Under the pieces are notes generated by a model. That model was not told the origin of the DNA. It ran no database searches and was given only the letters and a program-made list of their open reading frames with translations. The translations under genes were made by a program, and so were the position numbers. DNA of 64,000 nt. Origin: Kiritimatiellia bacterium. Its GTDB lineage: Bacteria > Verrucomicrobiota > Kiritimatiellia > JAAZAB01. The stretch covers positions 160,001 to 224,000 of the forward strand of contig JAXGPF010000008.1 in assembly GCA_040767085.1 (NCBI GenBank), in the 5' to 3' direction. This document shows, piece by piece, positions 18,441 through 28,489 of the stretch; positions within the stretch are counted from its first letter, which is position 1, and each line of letters begins with the position of its first letter.

Positions 18441-19502
18441 TCATTCCGGAATGAAAGATTCGCGGCCGGAGAGCGCCAGGATGGTTTCCGCCAGGAGTTT
18501 GACCGTGTCGTCCAAGTCGCGCAGTGAGACGACTTCCACCGGCGAGTGCATGTAGCGGTTGGGAATGCTGACCAGGGCGGCGGCGCAGCCGCCGCGCGCG
18601 AGTTGCATGGCGTTGGCGTCGGTGCCCGTGCCGCGCGGTTCGGATTGCATCTGGTGCTTGATGCGGCGCCGGCGCGCGGTTTCGCACAGCATCTGCCCCA
18701 GCACGGGATTGATATTGGGGCCGCGGTGCAGGATCGGGCCGCGGCCCACGCCGATGTCCCCGGTTTTCTTGGGATCGCCGCCGGGGTAATCGGCGGTGTG
18801 CCCGACATCTACGGCGATGCCGATCTGCGGCTGCACGCTGTAGGCGCTGGTGACGGCGCCGCGCAGGCCGACTTCCTCCTGCACGGTGGCGACCGCATGC
18901 ACGGCCACGTTCAATTTTTTGCCGCGCAATGCGCCCAGGGTTTCCGTGACCGCCCAGGCGCCGGCGCGATCGTCGAACGCCCGGCCGGCCGCGAAGCCGT
19001 TGCGCAGTTCCATGAATTCGCCGACCACCACCACGGCATCGCCGATTTCCACCGCCTGCAAGGCGTCCTTGCGGTCCTTGGCGCCGATGTCGATCCAGAG
19101 TTCATCCAGCTTGACGCCCTTGTTGCGGTCTTCCGGCGGAATTTGATGGATGGGCTTGCGGCCGATCACGCCGCGCACGTCGCCGCGGCGGTTGCGGATG
19201 CTGACGCGCTGGCCCAGGGCGACGGGGGCATCCCAGCCGCCGACATCGGCAAAATAGATAAAGCCTTTGTCGTCAATATGCGTGATCATCAGGCCGATTT
19301 CATCCACATGGCCGGCCAGCATGACCCGCACCGGCGCCTTGGCGTTCAAGACGCCGAAAACATTGCCATGCACGTCCGTGCGGACGGTGTCGGCGAATTT
19401 TTTCATCCGGGCGCGGATGACTTTCTGGGCCGGCGCTTCGAAGCCGGAAGGCGAAGGTTGTTCCATTAATTCCCGCAGAAATTTCAGGCTGTCAGCTTGC
19501 AT
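18441..19502 (-). CDS. M42 family metallo-aminopeptidase
   Basis: SPSGFE, AGHVDEIG, DELWIDIGA, AFDDRAG, TVQEEVGLRGA, GTDA, RYMHSPVE. Confidence 0.93.
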   Translation of the reverse strand: MQADSLKFLRELMEQPSPSGFEAPAQKVIRARMKKFADTVRTDVHGNVFGVLNAKAPVRVMLAGHVDEIGLMITHIDDKGFIYFADVGGWDAPVALGQRVSIRNRRGDVRGVIGRKPIHQIPPEDRNKGVKLDELWIDIGAKDRKDALQAVEIGDAVVVVGEFMELRNGFAAGRAFDDRAGAWAVTETLGALRGKKLNVAVHAVATVQEEVGLRGAVTSAYSVQPQIGIAVDVGHTADYPGGDPKKTGDIGVGRGPILHRGPNINPVLGQMLCETARRRRIKHQMQSEPRGTGTDANAMQLARGGCAAALVSIPNRYMHSPVEVVSLRDLDDTVKLLAETILALSGRESFIPE

Positions 19503-19606
19503 GGTTTTTCTCCTGTGCGCCAAAGCAGTCGTTTCAGCGCGATGATAGTCCGTATTCCCGGCATCTCCGCAATAAAGGCCAACTATCGCAAACGCCGCCG
19601 CGCATG

Positions 19607-20434
19607 TCAAGCCCGCCAGCGCCAGGAGATTCCATCAAACGCGGCGCGGGCGCCGGGGAAGGCCCGGCGCGCGGCGCGGGCAATGGCGTCAATCTGGCGG
19701 TCGGTACGCCCGGGCGCATGATGGGTCAGAATCAGTTGCCGGATGCCGGCGGCGCGCGCGATTCGGACGCCCTGGGTCCAGACGCCATGTCCCCAGCCGC
19801 GGTAGCGCGGGTATTCGCGGGGGGTGAATTGGGCGTCAAAGATCAGCACATCCGCCTGCCGGCAGAATTGCAGGAATTGCGCATCGCCGGCGGCATCTCC
19901 CGGCTCGTAATCCGTGGCAATGACGATCGAGCGGGCGGGGGTGTCCAGGCGGTAGGCCAGGCAGGGTTGGGGATGGCGCACGGGACACCAGGAAATATCC
20001 ACGCCATACAGTGACCGGCGGCGGGAAGCCGGCAAGTCCCGCCAATGCAGGCATCCCCCGCATTTTCCCAATTCCACCGGCCAATAGGGCCAGCCGACCA
20101 GCCGGCGCAACGCGGCGCGCCAGCGCGGATAGCGCCGGGCATCCGCCATGAAGTTGATTTGGGCGCGCGGATCGTACAGCGGCGCAAACGCCGGCAAACC
20201 AATGACATGGTCGAGATGGAAGTGCGTAAAAAATATGGTGGTTGGCAGAGCCGGGGCGCCGCGGAGCGGCCGGCTGGCGTCGCCCATGCCGGTGCCGGCG
20301 TCGAACACCAGCAAGCCCGCGGGGGTGCGCAGGGAAAAACAGGTGGTCTGGCCGCCGTGCCGGAGGAAATGTTTTCCGCAGACCGGGAAACTGCCGCGCG
20401 TGCCGTGGATGGTAAAACGGTAATCGGCTGCCAT
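19607..20434 (-). CDS. MBL-fold metallo-hydrolase
   Basis: GTRGS, GGQTTC, DAGTG, THFHLDH, DAQF, GWGH, LTHH. Confidence 0.9.
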   Translation of the reverse strand: MAADYRFTIHGTRGSFPVCGKHFLRHGGQTTCFSLRTPAGLLVFDAGTGMGDASRPLRGAPALPTTIFFTHFHLDHVIGLPAFAPLYDPRAQINFMADARRYPRWRAALRRLVGWPYWPVELGKCGGCLHWRDLPASRRRSLYGVDISWCPVRHPQPCLAYRLDTPARSIVIATDYEPGDAAGDAQFLQFCRQADVLIFDAQFTPREYPRYRGWGHGVWTQGVRIARAAGIRQLILTHHAPGRTDRQIDAIARAARRAFPGARAAFDGISWRWRA

Positions 20435-20665
20435 GGGCGCTCCCCGCCAGTAGTTTACGTTGCTTAAGCGCCCGACAGCCTAGGCCATGCCCGCGCGAAT
20501 GTCAAAAAAAATGTTGACGGTTGAATGCCGCAGCTGTAGTACAATGGAATAGCGATGGCGCCTAGGGCGCCCATCGTCCGCGCTGCGCGCCAGTCGCGCA
20601 GCATGGCCCGGCGCCGGCGGCCGGAAGGGATTTTGGTTGGCCGGCATGTGGAAGGATCGCCGCTG

Positions 20666-22105
20666 ATGCCTGCAAAAAACAACGCGCAAATAGTGGATAA
20701 CACCGCGCCGCCGGCGCCTTGCGGCGCCGCGCCGAGCGCCCGCCAGCTGGCGTGGCATCGCCTGGAAACATACGGATTTGTGCATTTTACGGTGAACACC
20801 TTCACCGGCAAGGAATGGGGATATGGCGATGAAGCGCCCGCGTTGTTCAATCCGACGGAGTTCGATGCCGGCCAGATCGCCGAGACCGCCGCCGCGGGCG
20901 GGCTGGCCGGGCTGATCCTGACCTGCAAGCATCACGATGGCTTCTGTCTGTGGCCGTCCAGGTATACCGGGCATTCCGTCAAACATAGTCCCTGGCGGAA
21001 CGGGCGCGGCGATGTCGTGCGTGAAATCTCCGATGCCTGCCGGAACCGTGGCCTCAAATTCGGCGTTTATCTCTCGCCCTGGGACCGCAATCATCCGGAA
21101 TATGGCCGGCCGGCCTACCTCGCGTATTACCAGAACCAGTTGCGGGAACTGCTGACCGAATATGGCGAACTGTTCGAAGTCTGGTTCGACGGCGCCAACG
21201 GCGGCGATGGCTATTACGGCGGCGCCCGGGAACGCCGCGCGATCGATCATCTGACCTATTACCGCTGGCCGGAAATCGTCGCCCTGGTGCGCGAGTTGCA
21301 GCCGCAGGCCTGCATTTTCGGCGAGGCGGGCGCGGATATACGCTGGGTGGGCAACGAGATGGGTCATGCGGGCGATCCCTGCTGGCATACGATCGACGGG
21401 TCCCGCCGCCAGCGGAACCTGCTGGGGTGGCGCTACCTTGAGCAAGGCGAGTGGCGCGGTAATATCTGGCAGCCGGCCGAATGCGACGTTTCCATCCGGC
21501 CGGGATGGTTTTATCATGCCGCCGAAGATGAGCGCGTGCGCACGCCCCATAACCTGCTGGCGCTGTATTTCCATTCGGTGGGACGCGGCGCGGCGCTGAA
21601 CCTGAACCTGCCCCCGGACCGCCGCGGCTTGATTCATGCGCGCGATGCGGCCGCGCTGCGGGAATTCCGCCGGCTGCTGGACGCCATCTTCGCCCGCGAC
21701 CTGGCGCGCGCGGCGCGCGTTGAAGCCGACAATACCCGCGGCAACCATCCGGCTTTCCAGGCGGCCCATGCCGCCGATGGCCGGGCGGATACATACTGGT
21801 GCGCGGATGACCATGTGCGGCAGGCCAATCTGACGCTGGTTTTCCCGCGGCCGGTGGAATTCAATGCCATCAGCCTGCGCGAGTATCTGCCGCTGGGGCA
21901 GCGGATTGCCGGCTTTGCCGTCAGCGCGGGCGCGCGCGGCGGCTGGCGCGAGTTGGCCGCGGGCCTGAGCATCGGCCACCGGCGCCTGCTGGCCGGCGAA
22001 ACGATTCGGGCCGACCGGCTCCGGGTGGAGTTGCGGGGGGACGACGCTTGCCCGGCCTTGGCCGAAATTGCGGTGTTCAAAGGCGCGGATTTGCCGTGGC
22101 GTTAA
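20666..22105 (+). CDS. Alpha-L-fucosidase (GH29) with C-terminal F5/8-like domain
   Basis: FVHFTVNTF, TCKHHDGFCLWPS, GVYLSPWDRN, WFDGANGG, ECDVSIRPGWFYH, SVGRG. Confidence 0.93.
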   Translation: MPAKNNAQIVDNTAPPAPCGAAPSARQLAWHRLETYGFVHFTVNTFTGKEWGYGDEAPALFNPTEFDAGQIAETAAAGGLAGLILTCKHHDGFCLWPSRYTGHSVKHSPWRNGRGDVVREISDACRNRGLKFGVYLSPWDRNHPEYGRPAYLAYYQNQLRELLTEYGELFEVWFDGANGGDGYYGGARERRAIDHLTYYRWPEIVALVRELQPQACIFGEAGADIRWVGNEMGHAGDPCWHTIDGSRRQRNLLGWRYLEQGEWRGNIWQPAECDVSIRPGWFYHAAEDERVRTPHNLLALYFHSVGRGAALNLNLPPDRRGLIHARDAAALREFRRLLDAIFARDLARAARVEADNTRGNHPAFQAAHAADGRADTYWCADDHVRQANLTLVFPRPVEFNAISLREYLPLGQRIAGFAVSAGARGGWRELAAGLSIGHRRLLAGETIRADRLRVELRGDDACPALAEIAVFKGADLPWR

Positions 22106-22142
22106 CCCCGCGGCGGCGCATGCGCGGAGCGGCACACCTGTC

Positions 22143-23015
22143 ATGAATATTTTGGATAAAATCAGCGACCCGGCCTGCCCGGACCCGAACTTGTCAGGCA
22201 AGACCGCGATCTTGCGGGACCGGCTGCGGGCCCTGCCGTCAGCCCTGGTGGCCTTCAGCGGCGGCGTTGACAGTTCCCTGCTGGCGGTGCTGGCGCAGGC
22301 GGCCCTGGGCGGCCGCGCCCTGGCCGCGACGGTTGTTTCCCCCTTGCTGCCGCGGGCCGACCGCGAAGCGGCCGGGCGGATCGCGGAACAGTATGGCTTG
22401 CGCCACGTCTGGCTCGAGATCAATCCGCTCCAGCATCCGGAACTGGCGGCCAACCCGCCCAACCGCTGTTATTATTGCAAAACCCTGGTCTTCCGCGCCC
22501 TGCGGAAGGCGGCGGCGGACCGCGGCCTGGCACAAGTTCTGGACGGCGAAAATGCCGACGATGCCGCGGACTACCGCCCCGGCCGGCAGGCGGCCCGGGA
22601 GCAGAACGTCATCAGCCCGCTGGCGGAAGCCGGTTTAACCAAGCAGGACATCCGCGCGGTCTCCCGTCTGCTGGGATTGCCGACCGCCGAACGTCCGGCG
22701 ACCGCTTGCCTGGCGTCCCGCGTGCCCTATGGCGTGCCGCTCACGGCCGAGGCCTTGAACCGGATTGATCGAGCGGAAACCATGCTGCGCGGCCTGGGCT
22801 TCGTACAGGTGCGGGTGCGCGCCCATGGCGATGTGGCGCGCATCGAACTGCCGGCGGACGATATCCCGCGCGCGGCGCGGCCGGATGTGCGCGCCGGCAT
22901 GGTCCAGGCCGTGCAAGACGCCGGTTTCCGTTATGCCGCCCTGGATTTGCTGGGTTACCGCACCGGCAGTTTGAACGAAACACTCGCCGGCGCGCACCCG
23001 TCAATGCCAGCGTAA
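22143..23015 (+). CDS. larE: ATP-dependent sacrificial sulfur transferase LarE family
   Basis: AFSGGVDS PP-loop, NRCYYCK, DYRPG, ACLASRVPYG, VRVRAHG, GYRTGSLNE. Confidence 0.92.
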   Translation: MNILDKISDPACPDPNLSGKTAILRDRLRALPSALVAFSGGVDSSLLAVLAQAALGGRALAATVVSPLLPRADREAAGRIAEQYGLRHVWLEINPLQHPELAANPPNRCYYCKTLVFRALRKAAADRGLAQVLDGENADDAADYRPGRQAAREQNVISPLAEAGLTKQDIRAVSRLLGLPTAERPATACLASRVPYGVPLTAEALNRIDRAETMLRGLGFVQVRVRAHGDVARIELPADDIPRAARPDVRAGMVQAVQDAGFRYAALDLLGYRTGSLNETLAGAHPSMPA

Positions 23016-23047
23016 AGCCGGCGCTGTGCGGCTCGGATACGGCGCAT

Positions 23048-23141
23048 TACGTTCCAAATACGTTTCAAATACGTTTCATTACGTTTCAAATACGTTTCAT
23101 TGCGTTTCAATACGTTTCGTTGCGTTTCAAATGTGTTTCAT
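23048..23141. repeat. Nine tandem copies of T(A/G)CGTTTCA with mean 10.5-bp period
   Basis: Unit starts 23048, 23059, 23070, 23080, 23091, 23101, 23111, 23121, 23132. Confidence 0.95.
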
Positions 23142-23173
23142 GCCGGTGCGCGCCTGATTGTCCGTCAAAAACA

Positions 23174-23202
23174 TTGCCGGATTGAAGGCGGTTTGGCATA
23201 CT
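23174..23202 (+). promoter_or_regulatory. Sigma70-like promoter of the chemosensory operon, probably giving a leaderless transcript
   Basis: TTGCCG (23174-23179), 17 bp, TG-extended CATACT (23197-23202); ATG at 23209 is 7 nt downstream with no SD sequence. Confidence 0.55.
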
Positions 23203-23208
23203 GTGCCC

Positions 23209-23877
23209 ATGCATGGCTTAAGCAACGATTGCTGGAACCGCATCGGCGCGGCGGGGGATCAATCCTGCCCGGAACTGCGGCGGCATGTGCATTGCCGCAA
23301 TTGTCCGGTGTTTGCCAACGCCGCCGGTCAATTGCTGGAGCGCGATCTGCCGGATGGTTACGCCCGCGAGTGGGCCGGCCGGCTGGCGGAGCCGGTCCGT
23401 TCCGCCGCGGCGGCCGATGACAGTTTGACCGTGTTTCAGGTCGGCGCGGAGTGGCTGGCGCTGCCCTCCGCCGTGTTCCGGGAGGTGGCGGCGGTGCAGA
23501 CAGTGCGCGTGATTCCGCACCGTTCCAACGCGGTGCTGCTGGGCCTGGTGGCTGTACGGGGCGCGCTTCATTTATGCTTTTCCATGGCGGCTTTGCTGGG
23601 CCTCGCGCCGGCGGACACCCCCCCCGCGGATGCGGCCCGTTCCGTTATTGCGCCCCGGCATTGCCTGCTGGACGACCGCGGGCAGGGCTGGGTGTTTCAG
23701 GCGGATGCGGTGCTGGGCCTGCGCCGGTTCCAGGCCGCGGACCTGCGGCCGCCCCCCGCCACGGTGGCGCATGCCTTGCCGCAATTCAGCCGGGGTTTGC
23801 TTGACCATGCCGGTCATGCGGTCGGCGTGCTGGATGCGGAACTGTTGTTCAAGGCGCTGGCCGGAGTAAAGGCATGA
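23209..23877 (+). CDS. cheW: CheW-domain scaffold, WspD-like
   Basis: N-terminal CWNRIG...SCPEL..HVHCRNCPVF motif characteristic of WspD, followed by a CheW domain. Confidence 0.9.
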   Translation: MHGLSNDCWNRIGAAGDQSCPELRRHVHCRNCPVFANAAGQLLERDLPDGYAREWAGRLAEPVRSAAAADDSLTVFQVGAEWLALPSAVFREVAAVQTVRVIPHRSNAVLLGLVAVRGALHLCFSMAALLGLAPADTPPADAARSVIAPRHCLLDDRGQGWVFQADAVLGLRRFQAADLRPPPATVAHALPQFSRGLLDHAGHAVGVLDAELLFKALAGVKA

Positions 23878-26165
23878 AGGACTTGAGCGGATTTTCCATG
23901 CTGGACTTGTTCCGCCAGGAGGCGGAAGCCCAGAATGAAATTTTGAATGCCGGGCTCCTGGCGCTGGAACAGGGCGGCGCGGCGCCGGAAAAACTGGAAG
24001 CCATGATGCGCGCGGCGCATTCGCTCAAGGGGGCCGCCCGCATTGTCGGACTCGATGCCGCCGTCAAGGTGGCGCATGCGCTGGAAGATTGTTTTGTCGC
24101 CGCGCAGAAAAAAATGCTCCGGATCACCCCGCCGGACGCCGACCTGCTGCTGCGGGCGGTGGATTTGCTGGGGGCCATTGCCGCCGCTCCGGAAGATCCC
24201 GCGGCGCCCTGGCGGGCCGGCGATGCGGCCCCGGTGGCGCAAGTGTTGCGGCAGTTGGATCAGGTTCTGCATGGCGCCGCCGCAGCCGGCTCCGCCGCCG
24301 CAGTCCAACCCGCCGCCATCGCGAAGACGCCGGCCGCCGGGGATGCGCCCCCGCCCGCCGACACCCCGCAGCCTGCCGACACCCAGTCCGCCACCGGGCA
24401 ACCCGTTCCGGCGGCGCCGGCCGCCGGGCCGGATCGCACGGTGCGCATAGCGGCGGAAAGTCTCAGCCGCCTGGTGGAACTGGCGGGCGAGGCGTTGGTG
24501 CGGACGCGCTGGCATACGCCGTATGCCGGCGCCTTGACCGGGTTAAAAAATGCGCTCGCGGCTTTGGCCCGGCAGACGGATCAACTGGCCAGCCGGTCCC
24601 AGCAGCATGCGGATATTCAGCCGTCGGAGTGTGCCGACCTGCTGCGCCAGATTGGTGAAATCCGCAAGCAAGTCGGACAGTTGCAGGCGGATTTCGACTC
24701 CAGCGCGCATCGCTCGGCGGATTTAACCGAACGGATTTACCAGGAAGTTGTCGCCAGCCGCATGCGGCCGCTGGCCGACGGCGTGCAGGGCCTGCCGCGG
24801 ATGGTGCGCGATCTGGCGCGGCAACTGGGCAAGCAGGTCCAGTTCGAAATCACCGGCCGGGATACCGGCGTGGACCGCGAAATCCTGGCGCGCCTGGAGG
24901 CTCCGGTGACGCATTTGCTGCGCAATGCCCTGGACCACGGACTGGAAACTCCGGCGGAGCGCCAGGCGGCCGGCAAGCCGCCCGCCGGCCATTTGCAATT
25001 GGAAGCCCGGCACCATGCCGGGCAGTTATGGGTCACGGTTGCCGATGACGGCCGCGGCATGAACATCGAGGGCATCCGGCGCAAGGCGGCCGCCCGCGGC
25101 TTGAGCGCGCCGGAGACCCTGGCGCGCATGTCGGATGAAGAAGTGCTGGAGTTCCTGTTTTTGCCGGGTTTTTCCACGGCGGAAGCCGTTTCGGAAATCT
25201 CGGGCCGGGGCGTGGGGCTGGACGTGGTGCAGAGCCTGGCCCGGGAGCTGGGCGGCGCCGCGCGCCTGGAAAACCGGCCTGGGCGCGGCGCGGCTGTGCA
25301 TCTGCATCTGCCCATCACTCTGTCAGTGCTGCGCGCGCTGCTGGTGGAAATAGGCGGCGCGCCCTACGCGCTGCCGCTGACGCGCGTCGCCCGCCTGGTT
25401 CAGCCAGCGCCCGGCGATTGGCGCATGCTGGAAGGACGGCGTTACCTGGCGCTGGAAGGGCGGGATATCGGGGTGGTGGATGCCGCGGAAGTTTTGGGGC
25501 TGCCGCCGCCTGCCGCTTGTGAGGCCGGCCCGGTGGTAATCCTGGGCGGAGGCGTTGAGACTTACGGATTAGCGGTGGAGCGGCTGCTGGGCGAATGCAA
25601 GCTGGTGGTGCGGCGGCTGGATGCGCGGCTGGGCAAAGTGCGCGATGTCAATGCCGCGGCGTTGCTGGATGATGGCACGCCGGCGTTGATCCTGGACGCG
25701 GATGATTTGACGCGTTCCATCGAAACCATGCTGGGCCGCGGCGGATTGAAACATTCCGTCCGGCCGGCGGCCGGCGCGTCCCAGCAGCGTCAACAGGCGG
25801 TTTTAGTGGCGGATGATTCCATCACCGTGCGCGAGATCGAACGGCGCCTCCTGGAAAACCGCGGCTACCATGTGGATACGGCGGTGGACGGCATGGAGGC
25901 CTGGAACCTTCTACGGGAAAACCAGTACGATTTGCTGGTGACGGATGTGGACATGCCGCGCCTGGGCGGGATCGAGCTGGTGCAGAACCTGCGCCGGGAT
26001 GCCCGGCTGCGCGAGTTGCCGGTGGTGGTGGTTTCCTACAAGGACCAGGAAGATGACCGGCGGCGCGGCATGGAAGCCGGCGCCGATTATTACCTGACTA
26101 AGAGCAGCTTTCAGGATGAAACCTTTATCCGGGCCGTCGCGGATTTGCTGGGGGGGACTGACTGA
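23874..26165 (+). CDS. cheA: Hybrid CheA-REC histidine kinase, WspE-like
   Basis: Hpt (MRAAHSLKGAARIVG), HLLRNALDHG, DDGRG, GFSTA..SGRGVGLD, CheW domain, C-terminal REC (ADDS, TDVDMP, YLTKS). Confidence 0.95.
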   Translation: MKDLSGFSMLDLFRQEAEAQNEILNAGLLALEQGGAAPEKLEAMMRAAHSLKGAARIVGLDAAVKVAHALEDCFVAAQKKMLRITPPDADLLLRAVDLLGAIAAAPEDPAAPWRAGDAAPVAQVLRQLDQVLHGAAAAGSAAAVQPAAIAKTPAAGDAPPPADTPQPADTQSATGQPVPAAPAAGPDRTVRIAAESLSRLVELAGEALVRTRWHTPYAGALTGLKNALAALARQTDQLASRSQQHADIQPSECADLLRQIGEIRKQVGQLQADFDSSAHRSADLTERIYQEVVASRMRPLADGVQGLPRMVRDLARQLGKQVQFEITGRDTGVDREILARLEAPVTHLLRNALDHGLETPAERQAAGKPPAGHLQLEARHHAGQLWVTVADDGRGMNIEGIRRKAAARGLSAPETLARMSDEEVLEFLFLPGFSTAEAVSEISGRGVGLDVVQSLARELGGAARLENRPGRGAAVHLHLPITLSVLRALLVEIGGAPYALPLTRVARLVQPAPGDWRMLEGRRYLALEGRDIGVVDAAEVLGLPPPAACEAGPVVILGGGVETYGLAVERLLGECKLVVRRLDARLGKVRDVNAAALLDDGTPALILDADDLTRSIETMLGRGGLKHSVRPAAGASQQRQQAVLVADDSITVREIERRLLENRGYHVDTAVDGMEAWNLLRENQYDLLVTDVDMPRLGGIELVQNLRRDARLRELPVVVVSYKDQEDDRRRGMEAGADYYLTKSSFQDETFIRAVADLLGGTD

Positions 26166-27184
26166 TGCGGGTGGCCATCGTCAACGACATGCGGATGGCG
26201 GTGGAGGCGCTGCGCCGGATCGTGGCGGCCTGCCCCGGGCATTCGGTGGCCTGGGTGGCCCGCGACGGCGCGGAAGCGGTGGCCAACTGCGCGGCCGACA
26301 CGCCGGATGTGATCCTGATGGATTTGATCATGCCGGTGATGAACGGGGTGGAGGCGACGCGGGAAATCATGCGGCATTCGCCTTGCGCCATCCTGGTGGT
26401 GACGGCCACAGTGGACGGCAATATCGCCCTGGTTTTCGAAGCGATGGGCCATGGCGCGTTGGACGCCGTGAATACCCCCGTGCTCGGGCCGGACGGGCGG
26501 CTGGAAGGCGCCGGGGAACTGCAACGCAAGCTGGACGTCATCAGCCGCCTGCTCGGCCGTGAATCCGCCGCTCTGCCGCCGCCGGCCGCGCCGGCCGCGC
26601 CGCGCGCGGATAAAATGCCGCTGGTATTGTTTGGCGCTTCCACCGGCGGTCCGGCGGCCATGGCCGATATTTTAAGCGGATGGCCATCCGGCATCGCCGC
26701 CGCGCTGGTGGCGGTGCAGCATGTGGATGCCCAGTTCGCCCCGGACCTGGCCGCCTGGTTGAATCGGCGCGGGCGTTTGCGGGTGGCGGTGGCGGAGCCG
26801 GGCCGCCCGCCGCCCGCCGGCATGCTCAGTCTCGCCTGCACCAACGATCACATGGTGTTCGACCCGGCCGGCGCCCTGCAGTATGTGCGCGAGCCGCAGG
26901 ATTGTTTTTACCGCCCGTCGGTGGATGTGTTTTTCCGGAGCGCGGCGCGCCATTGTCCGGCCGCCGGCGTGGCCGTTTTATTGACCGGCATGGGCCGCGA
27001 CGGCGGGGCGGGCCTGCTGGAGCTGCGCCGTAGCGGCTGGCGCACCATCGCGCAGGACGAGCGGAGCTCCGTCGTTTACGGCATGCCCCGCGCCGCCGCG
27101 GAATTGGGCGCCGCGGAGGAAATCCGCCCGCTGGCGGAAATCGCCGGCGCCGCGGTCCAGGCGCTGCAACGGGGGAACCGGTAA
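26165..27184 (+). CDS. cheB: Chemotaxis methylesterase CheB, WspF-like
   Basis: REC (MRVAIVND, MDLIMP) plus methylesterase motifs GASTGG, VQHVD, GMGRDG. Confidence 0.95.
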   Translation: MRVAIVNDMRMAVEALRRIVAACPGHSVAWVARDGAEAVANCAADTPDVILMDLIMPVMNGVEATREIMRHSPCAILVVTATVDGNIALVFEAMGHGALDAVNTPVLGPDGRLEGAGELQRKLDVISRLLGRESAALPPPAAPAAPRADKMPLVLFGASTGGPAAMADILSGWPSGIAAALVAVQHVDAQFAPDLAAWLNRRGRLRVAVAEPGRPPPAGMLSLACTNDHMVFDPAGALQYVREPQDCFYRPSVDVFFRSAARHCPAAGVAVLLTGMGRDGGAGLLELRRSGWRTIAQDERSSVVYGMPRAAAELGAAEEIRPLAEIAGAAVQALQRGNR

Positions 27185-27215
27185 CGCTGCCGCGTGGGCT
27201 TATCAAAGGGAAAAC

Positions 27216-28421
27216 ATGCAAACTGACAATCAAAACACCGTCCGGCCGCCGCCGCATGGCATCCGGGTCTTCCTGGTGGACGACCAGGCGATGATCGGCG
27301 AGGCCGTGCGCCGCATGCTCGAGCCGGAATCCGATATTACCTTCCAGTATTGCGCCGATCCGGCCGCCGCCGTCAGGCAGGCCGAGGCCTTTGCGCCAAC
27401 CGTGATCCTGCAGGACCTGGTGATGCCGGAGATTGACGGATTGACCCTGGTGAAATTCTACCGCGCGCATCCCGCGACGCGCGATGTGCCCCTGATCGTT
27501 TTATCAACCAAGGAGGAGCCGGCGACCAAGGCCGAGGCCTTCGCCCGGGGCGCCCACGATTACCTGGTGAAACTGCCCGACCGCGTGGAATTGGTTGCGC
27601 GCATCCGCCACCATTCCGGCGGCTACATCAACCTGTTGCAGCGGAACGAAGCTTATCGCGCCCTGGTGGCCAGCCAGGAAGCGCTGGCCGCCGAACTGGC
27701 GGAAGCGGCCGCTTACGTGCAATCGCTCCTGCCGCCGCCGCTGAACGAAGGCCTGGTGCGGACGGCCTGGCGTTTCATTCCCTCGGCCCAGCTTGGCGGC
27801 GACGCCTTCGGGTACCATTGGCTGGATGACGACCACTTGAGCTTGTACCTCCTGGATGTTTGCGGGCATGGGGTGGGCGCGGCCCTGCTGTCCATCTCGG
27901 CTATGAACGTCCTGCGTTCCCAGGCATTGCCGCACACGGATTTTCATGATCCGGGACAGACCTTGTCGTCCCTGAACGAAGCCTTCCTGATGGAAAAACA
28001 CAATAACATGTATTTCACCATCTGGTACGGGGTGTATGACCGGGTGGCCGGCGCGCTCCGCTATGCCAGCGCCGGCCACCCGCCGGCGCTTCTCATGTCC
28101 CCGTCCGCCGGCGCCCCGGCGGTCAGGGAACTGCGCACGCGCGGCATGGTGCTGGGCGGGCTGGCCGGCGCATCGTACTCCAGCGCCGCCTGCGATGTGC
28201 CGCCGGGAAGTTCCATTTTCCTGATGAGCGACGGCGTGTATGAAGTCAGCCGGCCCGACGGCACCATGTGGTCGTTTCCCGAGTTCGTGCAATGCCTGAC
28301 CGAGGCCGCCGCCGCCGGCCGGCCGGAAATCGCCGAGGTGGAGCGCCGTGTCCGCGCCTGGCGCGGCCCGGGGGCGCTGGAGGATGATTTTTCGATTGTG
28401 AAGTTCGCCTTCCCGTGTTAA
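27216..28421 (+). CDS. Response regulator with WspR-like receiver and PP2C/SpoIIE phosphatase output
   Basis: VFLVDDQAMIGEAVRR, ILQDLVMP, DYLVKLPD receiver; LGGD, DVCGHG, YASAGHPP, SDGVYE, DDFS PP2C motifs. Confidence 0.92.
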   Translation: MQTDNQNTVRPPPHGIRVFLVDDQAMIGEAVRRMLEPESDITFQYCADPAAAVRQAEAFAPTVILQDLVMPEIDGLTLVKFYRAHPATRDVPLIVLSTKEEPATKAEAFARGAHDYLVKLPDRVELVARIRHHSGGYINLLQRNEAYRALVASQEALAAELAEAAAYVQSLLPPPLNEGLVRTAWRFIPSAQLGGDAFGYHWLDDDHLSLYLLDVCGHGVGAALLSISAMNVLRSQALPHTDFHDPGQTLSSLNEAFLMEKHNNMYFTIWYGVYDRVAGALRYASAGHPPALLMSPSAGAPAVRELRTRGMVLGGLAGASYSSAACDVPPGSSIFLMSDGVYEVSRPDGTMWSFPEFVQCLTEAAAAGRPEIAEVERRVRAWRGPGALEDDFSIVKFAFPC

Positions 28422-28489
28422 ATTGCCGCATGTCCAGTAATAATACGCAGCCTGCCATTAACTCAAACTCAAACAAAACGAGGTGCACA

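Noticed and set aside
22143-23015. Complete nickel-pincer (lar) cofactor cluster
   Set aside because: Only larE is present, and stand-alone larE genes are common.
23048-23141. Possible CRISPR array
   Set aside because: Units are 10-11 bp with no unique spacers, and there are no cas genes in the window.
23618-23625. C8 run in cheW as a phase-variation switch
   Set aside because: In frame (Thr-Pro-Pro linker), and an 8-mer is plausible by chance at this GC; no evidence without reads.
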